Shown here piece after piece: positions 29,595 to 50,038 of a stretch of DNA of 64,000 nucleotides; position 1 is the first letter of the stretch; each line of letters begins with the position of its first letter. This DNA is from the human T2T-CHM13v2.0 reference genome, Homo sapiens. The notes beneath the pieces were generated by a model, which saw only the letters and a program-made list of their open reading frames with translations, was not told the origin of the DNA and did no database searches. The DNA is taken from the NCBI RefSeq assembly GCF_009914755.1, contig NC_060930.1. The stretch is one strand, 5' to 3'. Made by a program: the position numbers and the translations under genes.

Positions 29595-29727
29595 TCCACA
29601 GGTTCATGATGGCGCTGCTGGATGCTCAGCATCAGGATATCTGCTTTTCTGCCTGTGGTGTTCTCCTCAATCTCACTGTGGATAAAGACAAGCGTGTCAT
29701 CTTGAAAGAAGGAGGTGGCATTAAAAA
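29595..29727 (+). CDS. ARMC2: ARMC2 coding exon (probably 16), 133 nt: VHRFMMALLDAQHQDICFSACGVLLNLTVDKDKRVILKEGGGIK(K)
   Basis: Acceptor ctcttccctcgtag|TC and donor AA|gtaagt. ARM motifs ACGVLLNLT and GGI. Confidence 0.93.
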
Positions 29728-29906
29728 GTAAGTTTCAGGGCGTAGAGTACTGACTCTCTCAGGATTTGAAGGACATCATTTTCTTGGGAGCTTTGGCCCT
29801 TTCATCATTCCTGTGGGGCAAAGGTATTTCAACATTGGGAAGCCCCTAAGCTGAGGCTAAAGAGGGGGTTTAGATTCCACTGGATACTTAAAATAGTGCA
29901 GAAGTA

Positions 29907-30214
29907 GGCCAGGTGTGGTGGCTCGCACCTGTAATCCCAGCATTTTGGGAGGCCGAGGTGGGCAGATCACTTGAGGCCAGGAGTTCGAGAGCAGCCTGGC
30001 CAACATGGTGAAACCCTGTCTCTACTAAAAAGACAAAAATTAGCCAGGCGTTGTGGCACACGCCTGTAATCCCAGCTATTCAGGAGGCTGAGGCAGGAGA
30101 ATCGCTTGAATCCGGGATACAGAGGTTGCAGTGAGTGGAGGTTGCGGTGAGCCGAGATCGCGCGACTGCACTTCAGCCTGGGCAACAGAGTGAGACTCTG
30201 TCTCAAAAAAAAAA
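29907..30214 (+). mobile_element. AluS with a 16-nt internal duplication
   Basis: gaggttgcagtgagtg gaggttgcggtgagcc. Confidence 0.93.
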
Positions 30215-30394
30215 AGGTGTAGAAGTAGATTATTGCTACTTTATAACCACTTAAATTTATAGATAAGGAATTATTTTAAGTGATCACTGGATTATACTTA
30301 CATATCACAGAAGGATAATCATTATGCTAACAATATTAAAATTAAAGACAGATTCTGACCTAATAACTTCTCAATTTGAATTTTATTAACTCAG

Positions 30395-30555
30395 GTTAGT
30401 GGACTGTTTAAGAGATTTGGGTCCTACTGATTGGCAGCTGGCCTGCTTGGTTTGTAAAACTTTATGGAACTTCAGTGAAAACATCACTAATGCTTCGTCA
30501 TGTTTTGGAAATGAAGACACCAACACACTCTTACTCTTGCTCTCATCATTTTTAG
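30395..30555 (+). CDS. ARMC2: ARMC2 penultimate coding exon, 161 nt: LVDCLRDLGPTDWQLACLVCKTLWNFSENITNASSCFGNEDTNTLLLLLSSFL
   Basis: Acceptor attaactcag|G and donor TTA G|gtaaga. Overlaps ORF 30399..30602. Phase 2->1 is consistent. Confidence 0.95.
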
Positions 30556-31028
30556 GTAAGACTCTTGACTATGATGAGTCTGTGAGTTTTATCAGAGTGT
30601 GAGATAGTTTTTTTCTGTGACCTGTTCGGATAAATATTAGTATGCATTTAGGTGACTATATTTCTATAAGCAACAAGAGTATGTTAAAGATTACTATAAT
30701 TTGGAACTGAAAAGGCTGAATGCTATTTACAGTGGGGACAGAAGGACTTTCAACTCATTAGATACATTCATGATTTCTTCTATGGCTTTTTTTTTTTTTT
30801 TTTTGCATTTTCTCTAGAGTGCATAAATATAAGACCTCAGCGTAAATGTACTTCTGTTGTTCAAAAGCAAATAGACACTATTGTAATTGAGAAAATACGG
30901 CTAAAATCTACTCAAGTCATGCTTTTAAATGAAGCTATACATTTTAATTAGCTACGTTAATTATCATGTGGGTGAGGGCCTGTGAGACTATTTGGCATTA
31001 CAATGGAGTTTATATCCTTGAAAGGTAG

Positions 31029-31367
<339 letters not shown>

Positions 31368-32917
31368 CAGGATCATTTTTTACATTTAAAAAATTTTTAT
31401 AATTTTAGGATAATTTTTTTCTTCCTGGGTTAATTCTAAAAACAATGATTTGGGTCAGTAAGTGAGTGTTTTTAATAATCCTTTTTCCCAAATAGAGGAG
31501 ATGTACCCATCACTGCCCAGCCACCATACTAGATCCAGGAGGCCATGTGGAAAGGCTCAAGGTCACTTGGAAGCCATAGGTGCTGAGTTTTTAAATTTTG
31601 AGCTCAACTTCTCTGCAACCTGAGAAAGCTTAACAGACACCTTTCCTTTACACTCCTTCACTAACCAGAGCAGAGGCTCCCAATCCTGGCTGCAGAGCAG
31701 ACTCACCCGTGGAACTTTTAAAAACACAGATTATCAGCCGTTCCGAAATGATATTTTATCATCTCCAAGATGAGGATAATTAATGTCCAGATTGCAGGGT
31801 GATAAATGAGCAGATGTGTACAAAGAGCCTAACACAGTGCCTGCTGCATAGCAAGTCCTCAGAAGGTGGCTGACGTGCTCTGGAAACTCTTTAAGTGTTG
31901 TAACACCGTGCTACTAAACAGAAACTGGAACTCAGGAGTTGTTTGAAATAATTGGGTTTGCTAGGTTGATGTGAAATTTGGTTTTTCCAGGTAAATATAA
32001 TTTTGTACATGTGTTTTAAAACACAATAAGGAAAAAAAAGTGAGCATTTTTTTTTAATCATTGAGGTTCACAGTCGGCTCCATGAGCATTAAACTGACTC
32101 AGGTTGCAGGGAGCAGAAGTGCATGTTCAGGTTGCCTTAATTCAGTTCTCGATGGTGGTAGAGCATTGAAATCAGCTGTGGAGTTAAAACCCAAAAAAAC
32201 TAAAAACACCTTCCTGGCCCCAGCCCTAGGAATTCTGATTCAGAAGCTCTGGGATGAGGCTGAGAATCTGTGTTCAAAGTTCCACAGGTGAGTCTATTAG
32301 CTAAGATTGAGAGCCCCTGCTCTCGTTAGCAAAGGAGCTTAAGGGAAGAGTGTACAGAGAAGAAAGAAGCCAGGAAACAAGATACTGCTCAAAGCCTCCC
32401 AGAGAGGCAGGCAGGAGCCAGAGTCCCAAGTGACCCCTCAGCCGTGGGCGTCATGAGCTCCGCCCCCTGGGCTCTGCCATTCTGGAGACCCAGCTGTGTT
32501 GTGTCTGCTGTTAGGGAAAGAATTCTCTCCCCACTTACTCTCTCTAGGCTCCTTCTAGATCATGGCTTCAGCTACCTCCAGGCTTCCACTTGCTGCCCTC
32601 CCTGTGTCTGTCTGTTGCCAGGGCACTTTCCTATGTCACCCACTCCAGGAGAAGATATGATTGGCTCAGTGAGTCACTGTCCTATGGCCCAGGGCTTTCC
32701 CGCATAGGCAGCAGCTACCGGGTGACAGGCTATCTGTGGTTTCCTTTGTTACCCAAGCCTGGGGCAATCAGCCATAAATAACAAGGATGGTGGGGCTGCG
32801 GGGCCGGGGCCGTGTGGCATAAAGATGGATCAGAAGGAGGTGTGGGCATGGCTGGCTTCTCAGCAGGGGCAGTGTACCTGGAAGGCACTTCATTTTAGTG
32901 GGCCCTGCTGCCTGTTA

Positions 32918-33213
32918 CAGTCACCCCTTGGTATCTGGGGGGATTGGTTTCAGGGCCTGCCTCAGATACCAACACAGATGCCCAAGTGCCTGATATAAAA
33001 TGACATAGAATTGGCATTTCACCTACACACATCTTCCTGCACACGTTAAACCATCTCTAGACTACTTATAATACCTACAGTGTGAACGCTATGTAAATGG
33101 TTGTCGTGCTGTGATTTTTATTTGTATTCTTTTTATTGTTGTTGTTTCAAATATTCTGTCTGTGGTTGGTTGAACCTGTGGATACGTGGCCCGTGGATGC
33201 GAAGGGCTGACTG
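32918..33213. mobile_element. MER2 (TcMar-Tigger) non-autonomous DNA transposon
   Basis: Terminal inverted repeats CAGTCACCC...GGGCTGACTG preceded by TA. Internal tgatataaaatg...catctctagactacttataatacct. Confidence 0.85.
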
Positions 33214-35159
33214 CGCTCCATTCCCAACTTTTCCATAGCCTAACTGGGCTTCTGATTGTGCTTCTCCCGCCTCTGTGCCTTTGCACATGTTCTGTTTCAT
33301 TTCCTGCCTGCCCATCCCAATCTGCCTAGCCAGGTGCAGGCCCTTCCCACGTAGCTTCTCAAGCCCACAGTCGTAGGCTAGTCATAGGAAATCTATACTT
33401 CTTATATAGCAATCAGTCATGAATTGTGTAACTTGTCCTGTAATTATCCTGTATTATTATTTTGTGAGTTTTATCTTATTTCCCCTTTGCAACTGAACCA
33501 CCTTAGGAAAAGGATATTGCCTCATACAAAGAAGGTACTTGATAGCTGCATGTGGATTGGCTAACAATGGTGGTACCTTTGTTTCAATAGTGCTATATCC
33601 TTTTAAAAGCATGTTTATTCTATTTTTGAAAGATCTGAGGCCATCAGCTAGGTGACAGATACGGAAAGTAGGTTTTAGGACAGTTAAGTGGCTTGCCTGA
33701 AGTCATACTGTAGCAAAGGCAGGAATTCCCATCCGAAAACAAACAACTAGCCTTGTGTTTTCCAGCCGCTCCGTTACCTAGAACACCCTTACTCCACTGC
33801 ACCTCGTGCAGGGGGACTGTGGCATGGATAACAGCAAATAAACACAGCTCACTCAGGAAGCCAAGCCACTGCAATGCATCCCAGGTTTCTCACGTGAGCT
33901 CCTCTTCACGAACCATGGGGACTGTGCCTTGTGGGCTGGGTGGTGGGCTGTGCTGCCTCCTGGCTTTTCTCTTGGCAATGAGCACTCAGACCCTGACTTC
34001 TGACCGGGTCGTGGCTGGGTCTGGGCAGTGGGACTGCTGCGAGTGAAATGGGCATGTGGGTGAGAGTATACTTGCATTTCAATTCTTTTACAAAGATAGC
34101 TAAAACAAACAAACAAACAAAAACAGGCCATTTTGGAAACAGGATGAGCTGTTGAATTACCAAGGCCTGTGTTGAAGTATGAACACTGTTTTTGCAAATA
34201 CTGGTATGGCAATTTCTATAGTAATGTAAGTTACCTAACTTTTTCTTGCTGAGTGACTAGAAAAAAAGGAGAAGTAATATACCCTCAACATCGTTGGAAT
34301 GTTGACAGTCTTTCTGGAAAGTGGCTTTAAAAGAACGTGGTCTGAAACTTCCCATTATACTGCAGTCATGTCTTATGAGCTCATAAGCAGCGTGTTGATG
34401 CTGAAGTTCTTAGTGGTGTGCTGAGCACTCCAGACTACCATGAGCCCCTCTGTGGGGAGCTGGCACCTGATGACCATGTGTGTAGTTTATTGTTGCAAAT
34501 GGGAAGTACACTAGGCTGTTGTATGTTCATCCTAAGTTTTGTGGCAGTGGGCACTTAGGTTTTGTGACAAGGGTAGAGCGGGGCCCCACGTTCAAGTTGG
34601 AGGATCACATCAACCTATGTTGAAGAGCTTTCAGGTGCTTCTAGAACATTCGACAACTTTGCCTTATAAGAGAATGGTCAGGGCGATGATAAATCCCTTA
34701 AACAGCCATCTGCTGCTGAACAGCTAGCTAGGAAATAGTGTAGTGAGTAAAGGAAGCTTTTATAGATGCTGCAGGACACAAACTTCTAATGATGATTGTG
34801 TTGTAATGACCATTGATACATATTTATATTTTAGGGTCTTTTAATTCTTTCTAATACTTTGCCCCAAATTTTAGTATTTGGAAGCATGCTGTGCCTAAAG
34901 AAAGCTTAAGAATGATTGGTTACCTAAATAAGCACTTTTCACACTGCAGGTCAGGAAAACAATTTAGTTGGTTGTGACCAGCATCTTTAAAAAATGAAGT
35001 AGCAAAGAAAGAAAATATCAGAATGTATTATATTTAGTAAAGACAAGTATTATAATGTGAAACATTTGTTTATTCATATATAAGTAGGTATATGTATACA
35101 GAGTCATGATGCAAAATACTGTGAAGCACAGTTTCTAACTTATGATGATTCAAATCTTA

Positions 35160-35464
<305 letters not shown>

Positions 35465-35791
35465 TTGAATCATAGATCTAAATTTTTACTCAATCAGCCT
35501 CTGCTACTCTTTGCAGTACAAGTTCCAAAATTTAATACCCCATGTGATATGGCACTTTTAATGTATGTTGCTGTGTTTACTTTGAAACTTTAGACCTCAT
35601 TTCTCTTACCTGTAGCTGTTTGGCTATTCTTGTTATCTTGTCTAACCCAATTTAGAATTAATATGGTTTGAGGGTGGATTAACTATAGGCTGGGCCTCAA
35701 GACAAGTAACATGGTCTTGACATTAGATTTTAAAAAGCCACTCACCCAACAGAGATTTTGCTAAAACCACTAAATCTAACCAAAGCCCTAG

Positions 35792-36211
<420 letters not shown>

Positions 36212-36340
36212 AATTTATTTTCTATACAACAGAATTCATTTTCTATACAACAGAATTTTATTTTTATACAGCAGAATTCACTTTTCAACAAAATTTAATG
36301 TTCAGAAAATCTGGAAAACAGTGAGCAGGAAGATGGCCTA

Positions 36341-36749
<409 letters not shown>

Positions 36750-37055
36750 TTATCTCATGGGTGGGGAGATCCAGGTTTGCTTACAGGGTCTCCATGGAGC
36801 TCCTTGCCGAAGTGTTTGTGTCTGCCTGGAGCTTATCTCAGAACTGCATAGTTGACCACTTGGTTGTGATGAGAGGAAGGTACAAACTGGGATTCCAGAC
36901 TCCCTTATCTTATTTTGGGTGGTGACACTAACACCCATAGTGCCAAAGTACACAGTGAATGTACACAAATATTCAGTGTAGAAAATCTGATATCAACAGA
37001 GTCATGAAGCATTTTGTAATAGGATTTTCATTGGCCCTTAAAAAAAAAGTATCGG

Positions 37056-37390
<335 letters not shown>

Positions 37391-38084
37391 TTAGGATTTA
37401 GTGGTTACCATTTTAGAAGTTGGCCTCATGTCACAAATGTAGGAAGTGGCAGAGCTAATCTGATTGGCAGGTCAGTGCACTTTTCTGAAGTCTGTCACAC
37501 AGAGTGTGAGGCTCAACATCAACATGTAAAATTGCTGTGGCAATCAGCACAGAAACCTCAGTGGTCATTTATCTTCCTACTTGGATTGAATATATTTATG
37601 GTCATTTATCTTCCTACCTGGATTGAATATATTTATGGTGTTCCCAGAATTCCTTGGATTAAGAATTGAAGTTGTACTTTTGCATTTTATTCTTACAAGT
37701 TCTTTTCTGCATTATCCATGGGCTCACTTGGGATTCTAATACTCCTTGGGATTCCCAAGGTCTCTCAGTTTTCAGTTATGGAGAGAGTTTGGGGGTGGAA
37801 AGTTGTCTTTCCAAAGTACTACTTCCCTGCTGCTTTGAAGCCAGCAAAGTTCTGATTTTCAGTAAAGTTTAAAGTGTCAAATTTAACTGAGCTATTTTCC
37901 TAAAAGATTTCCTGATTCCTTTTATACCTAACCTTTGAAGTAATTAATTTTTCTATGTACACATAAGGAAGTAACATATTAATACGTTGTTTATTCTGAG
38001 AAATTGTGATCTGACTTTTAGATACAAACTTACATATAAAAAACTAAGGAATTAGTTGAAATAAGGGTTCAGTTCAATTTTGGA

Positions 38085-38383
38085 TTTTTTATTTTTTGAG
38101 ACAGGGTCTCTCTGTGTCTCTTAGGCTGGATGGCGGTGGCATGATCGTGCCCCACTGCAGCCTCAATGTCCCGTGCTCAAGTGATTCTCCTGACCTCAGC
38201 CTCTCGAGTAACTGGGACCACAGGCACATGCCCCCATGCCCAGATAATCTTCTGATTTTTTTTTTTTTTTCTGAGCTGTCACTGTGTTGCCCAAGCTAAT
38301 CTTGAACTCTGGGGCTCAAGCAATTCTCCTACCTCAGGCTCCCAATGTGTTGGCATTACAGGTATGAGCCACCACAACTGGCC
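38085..38383 (-). mobile_element. AluJ, followed by a + strand FLAM at ~38453-38597
   Basis: Diverged Alu consensus. Confidence 0.88.
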
Positions 38384-38772
38384 AGACTTTTTTTGAAAAA
38401 AATATTGCCCATTTAAATTAAGATACCAAAATAGACTAATTGTAAACTAATGGGCTTGGCGAGGTAGCGCACACCTGCAATCCCAGCACTTTGGCACTTG
38501 GGGAGGCCAAGGTGGGAGGATTGCTTGAGGTCAGGAGTTGGAGACCAGTCTGGGTAATACATGGAGACCCTGCCTCTCCAAATAAAATAAAATAAAATGA
38601 TGTATTCATAAAGAACAGAAGAGAGTAAAGAACTTCTCTGAAATCCTGTCTTGTGTTACGTTGGTATTAAAGGACGACCCAGGGTGAGTTTAACTCATAT
38701 CATCAAAATTAAACTATATTCAATAGGATTACATTTCTAAATAATGCTGTAATTTAAATTTTTCTAATACAG

Positions 38773-38930
38773 ATGAAGAACTAGCACTGGATGGCAGTTT
38801 TGATCCAGACCTAAAAAACTATCACAAACTCCATTGGGAAACAGAATTCAAACCTGTGGCACAGCAGCTTCTAAACCGAATTCAGAGACATCACACCTTC
38901 CTGGAACCCCTGCCCATTCCCTCTTTCTAA
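38773..38930 (+). CDS. ARMC2: ARMC2 last coding exon: DEELALDGSFDPDLKNYHKLHWETEFKPVAQQLLNRIQRHHTFLEPLPIPSF*
   Basis: Acceptor tttttctaatacag|AT. TAA stop at 38928-38930. 158 nt completes phase 1. Confidence 0.94.
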
Positions 38931-39895
38931 CATGATGCAGATTAACAGTAGAAACGAGAACTCACGTCTCCCTCATTCTTAAGAACTGGTAACAAACGTG
39001 AACATTTTTTTCAGCATTAACAAATGTGGAAAGTTTTTCAAGAACTGGTTTTAGTGAGTAGCTGAAGTATTTTTTAAAATTAAGCATTTCTTCTTGTTAG
39101 GTATTATGGAAAAATGAATATACACATTATATTTCCTGTTGAGAGAAATGTAAGATGAAAATATGTGCATTTTCAAGTAAATGACTTTTTCTTCTATTCT
39201 CTATTAAACAATTTAGTTCTAGTCTTAAAATCTTGATTTAACAATTTTGGAATTGAAGTGTTCATAAGTTAAATGAACTGTGCAATGAAGGCTGTTAGAT
39301 TATATAGAAAGAAGGGTAGGCAACATGAGTGGAACACGTTACAACATAGGATCTGTACTAATTCTTACTATGTCAAATAATAAATGCTCTCATTAGGTAC
39401 CAGTATTTTTTTGGTCTTTATATTAAGAGAAGGAGTAAGCAGAAAAACTTAAAGAAAACTGCTTTGGGCCATCTGTTCTTTATTAAATAAGTAAAATAGA
39501 TAAAATGAGAGTATATTTTCATTTGAAATAAAATGACTGGACTAAGACAGTCCTTCTAATTGTAACTCTCTGTGTTTGACAGGTGAGGTAATGTATTAGA
39601 AAGAATGCAGGCTTAGGTGAATGGTATACCTGAATCTGAATCCATGCTCTCCCCTGCTAGCTTTGTGGGCCTGGAGCAAGTAACTTAATTTCTTGAGCTG
39701 CAACTGCAAAATGGGAATCATATCAATTTTACTGTAGTGTAGTTTGGAACAAACCATTAAATGGGCAAATGGCCCAGTCCAGTGTATCATGTGGAGTGGG
39801 TGTTCAAGAACATTATGATGGCAAGCACTTTCTTAGCTTGCCATCCTTTGTAGGATGAGTTTGGCCTTTGAATAAATGATTAAAGAGCAAAAGAT
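38931..39895 (+). terminator. ARMC2: ARMC2 3' UTR with several candidate poly(A) signals (ATTAAA 39203-39208, AATAAA 39379-39384, AATAAA 39871-39876)
   Basis: Hexamers read directly downstream of the stop. The sequence alone does not show which one is used. Confidence 0.6.
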
Positions 39896-40207
39896 TGAGA
39901 TTACTATTATTATCCTATACTAGCCAAATGAAGATGAGTTGGAAATAAAAATAAATTTGCTGGCTCACACCTGTAATTCAGTACTTTAGAAGGCGGAGTG
40001 GGGAGGATCCCATGAGGCTAGGATTTCAAGACCAGCCTGGGCAACAAAGTGAGACCTCATCTCAACAACAAAAAGCAAATTTACTACTCTGCTTGGAGAA
40101 AAGCTTTTATAAACAGCTCATTTCTCACCCTACAAAACACCAAGACTCATGGGATGAGAGCAGGCATCCCAGACTGAATGGGGTTCTTGAAGCCTATTAG
40201 AATAAAC

Positions 40208-40406
40208 CAGCTGGGCATGGTGGCTCACACCTGTAATCCCAACACTCTGGGAGGCCGAGGCGGGCATATCACCTGAGGTCGTGAGTTCGAGACCAGTTTG
40301 GCCAACATGGTGAAACCCCATCTCTACTAAAAATACAAAAATTAGTCTGGCATGGTTGCACATGCCTGTAATCTCAGCTACTCGCGAGGCTGAGGCACGA
40401 GAATCT
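40208..40406 (+). mobile_element. 5' part of an AluS split by an L1. The 3' part resumes at 46211-46328.
   Basis: Stops at gaggctgaggcacgagaatct and resumes at catgaaaatctcttgaacctcggaggtggaggttgcag. Confidence 0.9.
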
Positions 40407-46210
<5,804 letters not shown>

Positions 46211-47074
46211 CATGAAAATCTCTTGAACCTCGGAGGTGGAGGTTGCAGTAAGCCGAGATTGTGCCACTGCACTATAGCCTGGGCAGCAGCACAAGACTGT
46301 CTCAAAAAAACAAAACAAAACAAAAAAACCTACATTTCCAGGAACAAATAGACTTTCTGAGAATGGTTCTAGTCTAGGGTTCATACCTGATGTGGCTCAG
46401 CAAAATCCTCTAGGGACACTCGCCTTATTGTAGTCCATAATGTAAGTATATGCTGGTAGATTCACTCCAACAGATGAAATCAGTTTAAGTCACAGGGGCT
46501 AATTTATCTAAAACATTCACAGATATAATGTATTTCATCCATAGCAAGCTATTTATTCTACTTTTAGTGGAAAAAAAAGTCAAACTCTCCCCTCGCCAAA
46601 CAGCCCCCTTCATATTTATGACTAATATATAGTAACTCATGGTGGGATCCCATTATACCTATTCTCTTCCATACTTAGCTGCTCCCCTCAGACCCACATA
46701 TAAGCTGGACCATTTGGAACCATCTACTTAAACAAAACCTGTGATTAAAAAAACACGTAAAATCTACCATTTTAACCATTTTAAGTGTACAGTTCAGTAG
46801 TTTAAGTATATTCACATTGTTCTGCAACAGATCTCTAGAACTCTTTCATCTTGTAAACTGACGCTATACGCACCAAACAACTCCCCATTTTCACCCCCAC
46901 CAGCTCTTGGCAACCATCATTCTATTAATACTTTCCATTTCTATGAATTTGACTACTTGATATCTTATATAAGTGGAGCCATACAATAGTTGTGTGTGTG
47001 TGACTGGTTTATTTCACTTAGCATAATACTATCAAGGTTCATCCATGTTGTTGCCTGTGATAGGATTTCCTTAC

Positions 47075-47398
<324 letters not shown>

Positions 47399-47581
47399 TA
47401 AGACTGAATAATATTCCATTCTATGAGTATACCACATTTTGTTTATCCATTCATCTGTCAATGAACATTTGGGTTGCCTCCATATCATGGGTATTGTGAA
47501 TAATGTTGCCATGAATATAGGTTTGCAAATCTCTCTTTGAGATCTTGTTTTCAGTTCTTTTGTGTATATACTCAGAAGTGA

Positions 47582-47908
47582 TGTCTTAGTTCAAGCTGAG
47601 ATAACAAAAAATATAGTTTGGGTGACTTAACAAAAGTTCATTCCTCACAGTTCTTAAGACTAGGAAGTCCAAAGTCAAGGTGCTGGCCAGTTCAGTTTGT
47701 GGTCAAGGCCCTCTTCCTGGTTTGCAGAGGGCTGCCTTTTTGCTCTATCCTCACATGGTGGAGAGAGAGATCATCTCTCACCTGTCTCTCCTTATAAGGG
47801 TTTACTGCCACTCATGAGGGCTCCACCCTCAAGACCTAATTACTTCCCAAAGACCACAGGGCTTCAACATGTGAATTTTGGGGGAATGCAAATATTCAGT
47901 CCACAGCA
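47582..47908 (-). mobile_element. MLT1A/MSTD-like LTR nested in L1M
   Basis: TG...CA termini with 5-bp TSD agtga/agtgg. Confidence 0.8.
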
Positions 47909-48147
47909 AGTGGAATTGCTGTATCATATGGGAATTCTATTTTTAACTTTTTGAGGAACCTCCATCGTGTTTAAGTGGTGATTATCATTTTACATTGTTA
48001 CCAATGCCACATAAGTGTTCCAATTTCCCCACATCCTCACCAACACTTGTTATTTTGGGAGTTTTAAAAATAGTAGCCACCCTGATGAGTGTGAGGTAAT
48101 GTGTCTTTGTAATATTGATTTACATTTTTTATAATTAGTCAGGCTGA

Positions 48148-48532
<385 letters not shown>

Positions 48533-49305
48533 CCATTTTTTAGTTATTTGGTTTTTTGAGTTGTAGGAATTCTTCATATATTCTGGATATTAACCTCTTA
48601 TCAAATATATGATTTGTAAATATTTTCTCCTATCCCATAGGTTGCCTTTTCACTCTGTTGATTATGTCCTTTGATGCACAGACATTTTTAAGTCTGATGT
48701 AATTCCAATGGTCTTTTTTTCTTTTGTTGCCCATAATTTCTGTGTCATATCTAAGAAATCATTGCCAAATCCAATGTTGTGAAACTTTCCCCGTGTTTTC
48801 ATCTAGTTTTACAGTTGTCAGTCTTACATTTAGGTCTTTGAGTTTTTTAATATATAAGGGTCCAACTTCATTCTTTTGCATGTGCATATCTAGTTTTCCT
48901 AGCACCATTTGTTAAAGAGACTGTCCTGTCCTTATTGAGTGGTCTTGGTACCTTTGCTAAAGATGATTTGGCCATATATGTGAGAATTTATTTCTGGACC
49001 CTATTCCATTGGCCTGTATGTTTGACTTTGTGCCAGTTCCACATTATTTTGATTACTGTTGCTTTGCAATATGTTTTGAAATCAGGGAGTGTGAGACCTC
49101 CAACTTTGTTCTTTTTCAAGATTGTTTTGGCTATTCAGGGTCCATTGAAGATTCTAGATGAATTTTGGCATGGAATTCTCTACTTCCGTGAAAAATGCCA
49201 TTGGGATTTTGATAGAGATTGCATTGAATCTACAGGTCACTCTGGGTGACCATGAGATGTCTTTCCATTTATTTGTGTCTTTAATTTCTTAGTAATGCTT
49301 TACAG

Positions 49306-49652
49306 CAGGGGTCCCCAACCCATGGGCCATGGACCAGTCCTAGTCTGTGGCCTGTTAGGAACTGGCTGCACAGCAGGAGGTGAGTTGTGGGCAAGCAAGC
49401 ATTACTGCCTGAGCTCTGCCTCCTGTCTGATCAGCTGCAGCACTGGATTTTCATAGGAGCTTGACCCTATTGTGAACTGTGCATGTGAGGGATGTGGGTT
49501 GTGCACTCCTTGTAAGAATCTAATACCTGATGATCTGAGGTGGAACAGTTTTATCCTGAAACCATCCCCCACTGCACCGTCCACCCTGGGTCCATGGAAA
49601 AACTGTCTTCCATGAAACCAGTCCCTGGTGCCAAAAAGGTTGGGGACTGCTG
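49306..49652. mobile_element. MER1B (hAT-Charlie) DNA transposon
   Basis: TIRs CAGGGGTCCCCAACC...GGTTGGGGACTGCTG. Length ~345 bp. Confidence 0.88.
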
Positions 49653-49678
49653 CTTTAGTTTTCAATGTGTAAGTCTTT

Positions 49679-50038
49679 TGTCTTAGTCTGTTCAGGCTAC
49701 TGTAACAAAATACCTTAGACTGGGTAATTTATAGATAACAGAAATTTATTGCTCACAGTTTTGGAGGCTGGGAAGTCCGATATCAAGGATTTAGTGCCTA
49801 GTGAGTGTTTTCTTCCTCACAGATGGCACACTCTAGCTGTGTCCTTTCATGGTAGAAGGGGAGCTCCCCAGACCTCTATTAAAGGGCACTAATCCCATTC
49901 ATGAGAGCAGAGCCCTCTTGATCTTATCACCTCCCAAAGGCCTACTTTTTTAATATCACCACATTGAGGATTACATTTCAGCATACAACATACATCAACA
50001 TACAAATGTAGGGGAAGACACAAACATTCAGCCATCAC
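49679..50038 (-). mobile_element. MSTD/MLT1A-like LTR
   Basis: tgtcttagtctgttcaggctactgtaacaaaataccttagactgggtaattt...acacaaacattcag. Confidence 0.8.
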
